From Bacillota bacterium (GTDB lineage Bacteria; Bacillota_I; Bacilli_A; ML615J-28; CAG-698), in contig JAEEHM010000060.1 of the NCBI GenBank assembly GCA_016280895.1, positions 2,338 to 66,337 on the forward strand: a stretch of 64,000 bases of DNA, given 5' to 3'. Positions within the stretch are counted from its first letter, which is position 1, and every line of letters begins with the position of its first letter. The position numbers and the translations under genes are program-made. Below are positions 28,773 through 37,400 of this stretch, one piece after another. A model generated the notes under the pieces. That model was not told the origin of the DNA and searched no databases. It saw nothing but the letters and a program-made list of their open reading frames with translations.

Positions 28773-29123
28773 ATGAGAGTATTATATGATTTATGCGATA
28801 TTCTTGAAGATGAACTTGAAGATATCGTAAAAAGTGGAGATATGAACCCTCAAGACCTCGAAATGGCAGACAAAGCTGTTGATATAATCAAAGATATAAA
28901 AACGATTAAAGCTATGGAAGATGCCTCATGGGATAGCGGATATACTAGAGATAACTCTTCTAGAATGTATGATTACGATGATGGATATTCTATGGCTCGT
29001 GGTGGACGAGGTGGTGGTCGTTCAAGTAGAGAAGGTCGTGGCGGATATACAAGACACGATGAAAAAGAAATGCTTGAAGACAAAATTGACGAACTTAAAC
29101 GTCAGCTTAATCAGATGAGATAG
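28773..29123 (+). CDS. hypothetical acidic / RGG-repeat protein
   Basis: 116 aa with an acidic helical N-terminus, a GGRGGGRSSREGRGG tract and a coiled C-terminus. AGGAGG SD. Confidence 0.45.
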   Translation: MRVLYDLCDILEDELEDIVKSGDMNPQDLEMADKAVDIIKDIKTIKAMEDASWDSGYTRDNSSRMYDYDDGYSMARGGRGGGRSSREGRGGYTRHDEKEMLEDKIDELKRQLNQMR

Positions 29124-29131
29124 GAAAACTT

Positions 29132-29165
29132 GAGTGTGGCAGGGAAACTTGCCGCACTCTTTTTA
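29132..29165 (+). terminator. rho-independent terminator
   Basis: GAGTGTGGCA (29132-29141) pairs with TGCCGCACTC (29150-29159, one G-U), followed by TTTTTAT. Confidence 0.75.
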
Positions 29166-29200
29166 TATAAAAAAGTTTTAAGCTTTTTGGAATTTATTTA

Positions 29201-29230
29201 TTGTGAATTTGGTATTAAATAAATTATAAT
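29201..29230 (+). promoter_or_regulatory. sigma-70-type promoter candidate for the ATPase moron
   Basis: TTGTGA (29201-29206), an 18-nt spacer, then TATAAT (29225-29230). Confidence 0.4.
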
Positions 29231-29302
29231 AATAAGCAATTGTTAAATTTGAAATTTACAGTTTTAAAAATAAAAAAATTAATGTTTCTTATGGAGATAA
29301 AT

Positions 29303-30652
29303 ATGTATAGAAGAAAATTGGAAAATATAGTTGATTGGATAAGAAATGATAAAAATCATACATTATTGGTTACAGGTGCAAGGCGAGTAGGAAAAACATA
29401 TTTAATTAGAGAGGCATTAAAACAAGAAAAATGTGATTATATCGAGTTGAACTTTATTAAAAATAAGGAACTTGCGGACATTTTAAAGAATTATAAAGAT
29501 GTTGAAGATTTAGAACTTAGATTAAGTTTAACTACAAACAAAGAACTACAGCCGGGTAAAACTATTTTCTTCTTTGATGAAGTGCAGGAAGTAAAAGATA
29601 TTGTTACAATGTCTAAATTTTTGGTAGAGAAAACAAAATATAGATATATTATGTCGGGAGCATTATTAGATACTGAGTTAAACGATTTGCGTTCAGCACC
29701 AGTTGGCTATATGAATATTATCAATATGTTTCCTATGGATTTGTATGAATTTTATAAAGCTGTAGGTATACAAGAGAATGTAATTGAAGCCGTTCATAAA
29801 GCGTTTGATAATAGAGAAACTGTAGATGTATTTATACATGATAAATTAATGGCATTATTTAACATCTACATGATAGTTGGCGGTATGCCGGAGGCAGTTA
29901 AGGCATATATTGAAACTAATGATTTGCGCAAAGTTTCTAAAGCTCAATCTAATATTATTGAATTATATAAAAAAGATTTCTCAAAATATAGTAAACTAGA
30001 AAATCTTATTTTGAATGAAGTTTTTGATGCAATTCCAGAGGAATTAAACAAGAAAAACAAACGATATTATATTAAACATATAAATGGCAAAACTACTTTT
30101 GATTCAGTTAAGATTAATTTCGAATGGCTTAGTAATGCAGGGGTGACAATACCGGTTTATAAAGTGATAGAGCCTAAAGCTCCTCTACTACTTAATAAAA
30201 AACGAAGTATATTTAAATTGTTTTTATCTGATGTAGGATTATTAACAAATATGTTTTCGGATGAAACAAAGTTGATGATTTTAAATAATGATAAAGATAT
30301 TAATAATGGTGCTGTCTTTGAAAATTTTGTTGTACAGGAATTGATTTCACGTAAAAACAAGTTGTATTATTATGATGATAAAAGTCAAGGAGAGGTGGAT
30401 TTTATAATCGAATATCATGGTAATGCACTTCCAATAGAGGTGAAATTAGGAAAAATTTATAAGAAACATTGTGCGTTAAACAATCTTTTAAAAAACAAGA
30501 ATTATGAAATCGATAAAGCCTTTATCCTTAATAGGACAAATATATCTGTGGAAGGCGAAAAAATTTATATGCCAATTTATATGATTATGTTTATTGAGAT
30601 GGCAAAGACAGATATGATAATAAAACCTAATTTGGATGGGCTATGCGTATAA
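29303..30652 (+). CDS. AAA_14 ATPase fused to a DUF4143 / PD-(D/E)XK-like domain
   Basis: ATG at 29303 follows GGAGA. Walker A is GARRVGKTY and Walker B is IFFFDEVQ. The C-terminal GEVDFIIEY...LPIEVKLGK is a D...E.K nuclease-like motif. The ORF-track TTG start at 29240 is unlikely. Confidence 0.75.
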   Translation: MYRRKLENIVDWIRNDKNHTLLVTGARRVGKTYLIREALKQEKCDYIELNFIKNKELADILKNYKDVEDLELRLSLTTNKELQPGKTIFFFDEVQEVKDIVTMSKFLVEKTKYRYIMSGALLDTELNDLRSAPVGYMNIINMFPMDLYEFYKAVGIQENVIEAVHKAFDNRETVDVFIHDKLMALFNIYMIVGGMPEAVKAYIETNDLRKVSKAQSNIIELYKKDFSKYSKLENLILNEVFDAIPEELNKKNKRYYIKHINGKTTFDSVKINFEWLSNAGVTIPVYKVIEPKAPLLLNKKRSIFKLFLSDVGLLTNMFSDETKLMILNNDKDINNGAVFENFVVQELISRKNKLYYYDDKSQGEVDFIIEYHGNALPIEVKLGKIYKKHCALNNLLKNKNYEIDKAFILNRTNISVEGEKIYMPIYMIMFIEMAKTDMIIKPNLDGLCV

Positions 30653-30709
30653 TGTTATTGGAATGTAAAAAAGTGTACAATACAAAGTTTAATATCTATT
30701 TAGATATTT

Positions 30710-30742
30710 GCTTCACATCTTTATGATGTGAAGCTTTTTTTT
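30710..30742 (+). terminator. rho-independent terminator
   Basis: GCTTCACATC (30710-30719) pairs with GATGTGAAGC (30725-30734), followed by TTTTTTTT. Confidence 0.85.
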
Positions 30743-30756
30743 GTACTCTAAATAAT

Positions 30757-30873
30757 TAAAAAACGGTAGTTTTTAAATAGTATTAATTCAAATTTAATCA
30801 AAAATAGTGATTTTCTAATAATTTTAAAACAAAAACACCCTAAATATTTAAAAAACAGTGATTTTTCAAAAAA
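30757..30873 (+). promoter_or_regulatory. three copies of an A5-N-RGTRR-T4/5 motif upstream of the tail operon
   Basis: AAAAAACGGTAGTTTTT (about 30759), AAAAATAGTGATTTT (about 30800) and AAAAAACAGTGATTTTT (about 30850). Confidence 0.35.
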
Positions 30874-30888
30874 GAAAGGAGGAAAGCT

Positions 30889-31461
30889 ATGGTTAAAAAT
30901 AAAATTAAAATATCTAAAGAAGGGAAAAAGAAAATTGAAGAACACGCTTTGAATATATGCAAAAAATATGCAAAGCATGTCGAAGAAGAAATGGTAAAAA
31001 CATATGAAGAGCAAATTGATAAGTTTTATGCTGACCCAGAGTATAATCCTCCTTCAAAATATATAAGACATGAACAAAGAGGTTTTGAACGAGGAATGGA
31101 AAAAACATTTGAGCCGGTATACAAGGAAGAAGAAAAAAAGTTTAGAGGTGGAATTAAAATTTCTACAGATAATATGTATCCGGGTGGAGTTAAATCGTCT
31201 TCTGTCCCATTAAGAGAACGAGCGGGATATCGTGGAACTCAAAATCAAGTTCTTAGTACTTTCTTAGCTGGATTACATGGCCCTTTATATTATAATTCTA
31301 TGGAATCCGCTATGATTTCAGATTCTTTGGGTACAAATTCTGCTCTTTATAATAATATAAATGCTTTCTATTTTGGAAATAGTACTAGCCCAATGCGTGT
31401 TTCACAAAATAAATTAATGGAACTTCGTGAAGAAATAAAAAAAGATATAAGCAAAAAGTGA
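30889..31461 (+). CDS. hypothetical tail-module protein
   Basis: 190-aa ORF with AAAGGAGGAAAG SD, directly upstream of the tape measure gene. Confidence 0.45.
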   Translation: MVKNKIKISKEGKKKIEEHALNICKKYAKHVEEEMVKTYEEQIDKFYADPEYNPPSKYIRHEQRGFERGMEKTFEPVYKEEEKKFRGGIKISTDNMYPGGVKSSSVPLRERAGYRGTQNQVLSTFLAGLHGPLYYNSMESAMISDSLGTNSALYNNINAFYFGNSTSPMRVSQNKLMELREEIKKDISKK

Positions 31462-31477
31462 AAGGTGGTGGATTTAA

Positions 31478-34400
31478 TTGGCTGATTTTGATTTAACTCT
31501 AGGTATTGGATATAATACCAAACAATTAAACGATGTTTGTGATGAAATAGAACAACAATTAAATAAAATTGAAGCTCAACCTCAAATTGCACCTGATACT
31601 CATAAAACAATTATTGAAACTAAAAGAATGATGCGAAATATAGTATCAGATGTATTAGATACTGTATCTAAAATGCCTGTTTCAGAAGTTACTGCGGGTA
31701 CTATAACAAAAGTTTTTAATGAGCAATTTGAATTAATTGGAAAAAATATAAATAAAATAACTAGCGGTGTTGAAACATCATTAGAACAATCTTTTAAAAA
31801 ACAACCGGCATTAAAAAATGAATTATTAGCTCCTTTAACTGAAAAGTTTAAAGAATTAAATATAAGTGCTGAACAATATAGTTCTATTATTGAAACTGTT
31901 ATAGCTAATGCAGACAAAATGGGAGCGTCTGTACGTATAACTGAAAATCTAGTTAAGCAATATCAAGAAATGCTTTTAAACTTAGAGGGAATTAAAGATA
32001 GTCTTAAACAAGTAAATTTAAGAACTATGTCTGATGATTTTATTGCTAGTATTGGCGATATTGAAAAAGCTAAAAATGTTTACGATGAATTATTTGCATC
32101 TTTGAAAAATATTCAAGGAGCAATTAAAACTGAACAAGGAATGCTTTCTCAGGCTAGAAATTCTTCTGAAGCTGTTGTTTTTGAAACTAGACTTAATGAA
32201 CTTGAAGCTGAAAGATTAAAAACTGCCATTAAAATTCTTGCTATTGAAGAAGAACGACCATCATGGTTGAAAGAAATACATAGTTTTAAAAATATTAGTG
32301 GATTATATGGGCAAATAAATGATTATGCTGATGGTTATGATGTATTGCAAAATAAAATCGGTGAAACTACAAATAAATTACGAGAATTTGCTTATTCTGC
32401 TAAAACAGTTGTAGCCCAAGATTTACAAGTTGGAGATATATTAAATGCTGGTGCAGTAAATACTAAAATTGAATTACAAATTACTACAACAACAGAAGAA
32501 TTAATTAATCAAATCAGACAACGCTTGGCAGAAGTTCAACAACAGATATATGATGCTACTTCATTAGTAATTCCAATAAAATATGTAATAACTACTAATG
32601 AAAAAGATGTTCTTTCAAATACTGAACGAAGAAATCTTGAAAAAAATATGACTAAATATGTTCAGTCTTCAAAAGATGATGTTGTTGTTGATGCAGGAAA
32701 TATATTTGCCGATATTGAAAAACGCGGTGTTGATACTGCTAATTCGGTTGCTAATCAAGCTATTGAAAGTATTCAAGATATTTTTAATGATAATAAAATA
32801 GATATACAATTTGACACTTCGAAAGCAATAAAAAATTTAGAAGAAGCTATATCTAATAAAGAATTATCAACTGAAATTGATTTTTCAAAAAATCTTGAAG
32901 AAGCAAATGAACGTGCAAGAAAATTACTAGAGTTGTTTGAGCAAATGACAAATCAGTTAAAAGAAGCAGATGTTATAGCTGATGATGTAGTTGAATTAAA
33001 GCCTAGTAAATATAGTTCCGAAAATATTGTTCAAATGACTAAAAAAGCTTTAGATGAAGCTAAAAAGTCTGTTGAAGAATTAAATAGTTATTTTGTACTA
33101 CATCCTGTAGAAATTCAATTTGATGCCAAAAAATCGCTTGATAACTTTACTAATGAAATTTCAAAGCATGAATATAAGGAACAATTTGATATTGCGACTT
33201 CTTTAAAAAAAGCTGTAGACTATTCCGCAAAATTATTAACAAATTTAAATAATATTCAAGATATTGATTTTAAAACAAATTTTATAACTGGTTTTGATTT
33301 TGCAAATATGTTAGGTAACATAGAAAATATCACCGTAGAATTAGCTAGCATTGCTTCTATTTTAGAAAGAATTCAAGATGCAAAATTAAATCAATCTATA
33401 ACTTTTGACTTAAAAGGTGCAAACGAAACTGTTGATAAATTAAGCGACAGCATTGAAATACTTGCGAATGAACTAGCAACATCAATTAATACAAATACTT
33501 TTGGCGATTTAGATACTATTACTGATAATATTGCTAATAAAGTTACTAAAATAAAAAACGCTGTTAATAATATAACTATTCGAGAAGGTGTTTTAAATTC
33601 ATTTAAAACATTACAGGAATCAATTGATGTATTAAGCAATACTAAACTAAGGAATTTTACAACGTTTGCAAATACTATTAAAAATTTGTCTACTGTAAAT
33701 TCTAAAACACTAAAAAATATATTTGCAACTTTTAAACAAATTAATCCTGAAAATATTGATAATATATCAATTATTAGTGAAGCATTAAATAAATTAAAAG
33801 ATGAATTGGTTGAATTAGATAAAACCTCATTTTCAGGATTTTTAAAACAATTGGAAAGTATTTTAAGTAATTCAGAAGCTTTAAAATCTTTATCTAATAT
33901 AGTTGAAAAAACAGGAACAAATTTAAACAATATATCTAGAGAGTTATCTAACGTTGATGCTTCCTATGTAAACGAAGTAACTAAGATAGAAAATAAACTT
34001 GAATTACTTGGACGAGGTAAAAATGTCTCAAAATATACATCGGATTATGTTGAAAGACTTGATAAATTAAACGAAAAAATAAGAGAATTTAATTTTGAAG
34101 TTGAAAGAATTAATAATTTAGCTCCTAATCTTGTTTTTCAATCAGATAAACAACGTATTGAGAAACTAGTTGAAGAAATTAAAGAAATGAATTTTCAATT
34201 ATCTGAAACTAGTAAAAAAGCTACTTCTCCTGCAAAAGAAAATGCAATTTTGAAAATTAATACTTTTCTACGAGAATCAAGTAAGCTTACTAGAGAAGAA
34301 CGTCTTCAATTGGAACAATTAATTAATAGATTAAATAATCCAAATCTTTCTCTTGATGAATTTAGAGAGATAATGACTTTGTTTAATAATATAAAGTCAG

Positions 34401-37400
34401 AAGCTGTTCGAGCTGGTAGAGCTGCTAGTAGTTTTTTGGATGCAATTAAAAATAAATTAAAATATGGATGGGCGCAAAGTATTGCTATGTTTTTGAGTTT
34501 TTATGACATTATAAGATATATTAGAGAAATATCTTCTACTGTCACAGAACTTAATAGTAATTTAATTGAACTTGCAAAGGTATCTGATACAAGCATTAGA
34601 GAACTATATAATGGATTTGATGATTTTGGAAATATTGCAAAAGAAACTGGCGGAACAATAAATGATATTATTAAATCTACTGCTGATTGGGCTAGAAATG
34701 GTTATAATTTGCCCGATTCAAAAGAGTTAGCTCGCTTATCTTCTATTTTTCAAAATATAGGTGATGGTTTATCAGAATCCCAAGCTAATGAATATTTGGT
34801 TTCAATTCTCAAAGGATTTAATCTTGAAGCAAATCAAGCATTAGAGATAATGGATAAAATTAACAATGTTTCAAATAATGCAGCTTCAAGTGTGTCAAAT
34901 ATTGGCGAAGCATTGGAACGTTCGTCATCTTCTTTCGGTGCAGCTAATACAAATTTAAGTGAAGCTATAGCACTTCTTACATCTGCAAATGAAATTCTTC
35001 AATCGCCAGAAGTTGTTGGAACTGCTTTTAAAAGTATGTCTGCTAGATTGCGTTCTTCGACTACCGAATTAGAGGAACTAGGAGAAGAAACAACACTTAC
35101 AACATCAAAATTACGAGCTTTAGTTCAATCTTTGACTGGTGTTGATATTCAAAAAGATGAAAATACATTTAAATCAATTTATGATATTCTACTTCAAATT
35201 GGTGAAAAATGGCAAAATTTAACTGATATAGAGCAAGCAAGTTTATCAGAGGCATTATTTGGAAAGAGAAATTCGCAAGTTGGATTTGCAATTCTAAATA
35301 ATGTCGAAAGATTGCAAGAAATATATGCTCTTGCTGAGAATAGTGCTGGAAGTGCTATGAAAGAGCAGGAAAAATATTTGCAAGGTGTACAGTATCAAAT
35401 TGATTTATTTAAGGCTAGCGTTGAAAATCTTGTAAATGATTTTATGTCTTCTGATGTTTTAAAGAAAATAATTCAAACAGGTACTAAATTTATTGACATA
35501 TTAGATACAATTATTAGCAAACTTGGTGCTATTCCTCCTTTAGTTACAGTAATAGGTACTGCTATAGGAAGTAAATTTAATCCATTATATAAAATATTTT
35601 CTTCTTTTTTATTTCCTCAAACTACGACACCATTTGTTTTTACTGTAGATACTGATATTGGAGCTTTAGCTTCTTTGGGAAAAGTAAAAGAACTAATTAA
35701 TGAATACAATACTAGTTTTTCAAATTTAGAAAGAATAACAACTAATACTCGATTAAGTCATGAAGAATTTATTGCAGAAGTTAATAGAGGAAATCCAGTA
35801 TTGGCTTCTTATTTAAGGATTTTAGGAAGAGATTCTGCGGCAACTTATAGTGCTTATAGACGAGAATTGATTAGAACAACTCTTGCAACTTCTGCATTAA
35901 GAGTTGCAACAATGGCTTTACAAGGTATTATATTTGGCGTTATAACTGCGGGAATTTCAGCTCTTGTTTCTAAGTGGAAAGAATATCATAAAACATCCGA
36001 AAAAATAATTGAAAATGGCGAGAAGGCTCGTCAAACTTTAAAAGATGTAAATAACGAGTTACAAAATCAACAGAAAATTGTATCGGATTCGGCACGCAAA
36101 TTTGCTTTGTTATCTCAAGAAGTAAATCAACTAACTGGTAAAAACATATCTTTATCAGATTCAGATTATGAAGAATTTTTAAGAATAAGTAATGAATTAG
36201 TTGAAGTATTTCCAAGTCTTACTCATCATTATGATGAAAATGGAAATGCAATAGTAGATTTAAGTGGAGATGTTGATACAATTGTTGGTTCTTTACAAAA
36301 TTTGGTAGATGTTGAGAAACAATTAGCTAAAGAAAAAGTTATAGAAAGTTTTGATGATTCTATTGAAGGAGCATTAGAAAAAGATAAAGAATACGCTAAA
36401 GAAATAGCTAAAATTGAAGAAGAAATCTCGCTAAAGAAATATAATATAGAAAAAATACAGTCAGGTTTAAAAAAAGGTGAAGTACAAAGGCAAGATATAA
36501 AAGATTGGGAAAAATTCTTGCTTACGTTGGAAGGACTCAATATTTCTTATAGCATAAATGATTTGCAAGATATTATTACTTTAACTAATCCACTAGATTC
36601 TAACACTATTAAAAATATAGTAAATACATATGATAGTGAATATCAACAATTACTTGATAAATTACAATTGAAAGCTATTGAAAGAAGTAAGGAAGTAAAT
36701 ACGGTTATTGTTGAAACATTAAAAGCATTTTTAGATTATTCAGATATTGATGAAGAATTAAAAACTGCTTTATCAAATATTTTGACAAACTTTAATTTTA
36801 CAGAAGCAGGTTTAGATGAAACTAAAGAAGTTCGTGATTTTATTGAAAATTTAATTGTTCAATTTTCTACTATGCCAAAAGCGCAACAAGAAGCATACGT
36901 TTTAGCTTTTGATTTAAGAACACGTTTTAATAATGATGAAATATCTATTAAAGAATATGAGAAACAATTAAGTAAACTTCTTTTGCTTACTGATAATTTG
37001 TTTTTTGATACTGACCCTGCGAAAAATAAAAAACAAAAACAAGAATTTGTAAAATCTCTTGCCGCTGTTTTTGATTTAGACGTTGATTCTAGTGGTAAAA
37101 TTGTTAATAATGCAGTTGATTCACTAGCTAAAGAATTTCAAAATGCCGGACTTGGGAAAAAAGTATCTAAATCTTTAGCTAAAAGTTTAACTAAGACAGA
37201 ATTAGAAGAAGCTTTGCAATTATCTGATGTTGATTGGAAAGAAATACTTAAAGTTGAAGATGGAGAAAAAACTGTAAAAGATTTTGTATCAATACTAAGA
37301 CATTATCTCAATCAAAAATCATATAAAATTAAACTTGATACTAAAACTATTGAAAATACAACAGATGGTATAAAAGAATTACAATCAACCTATCAATCTT

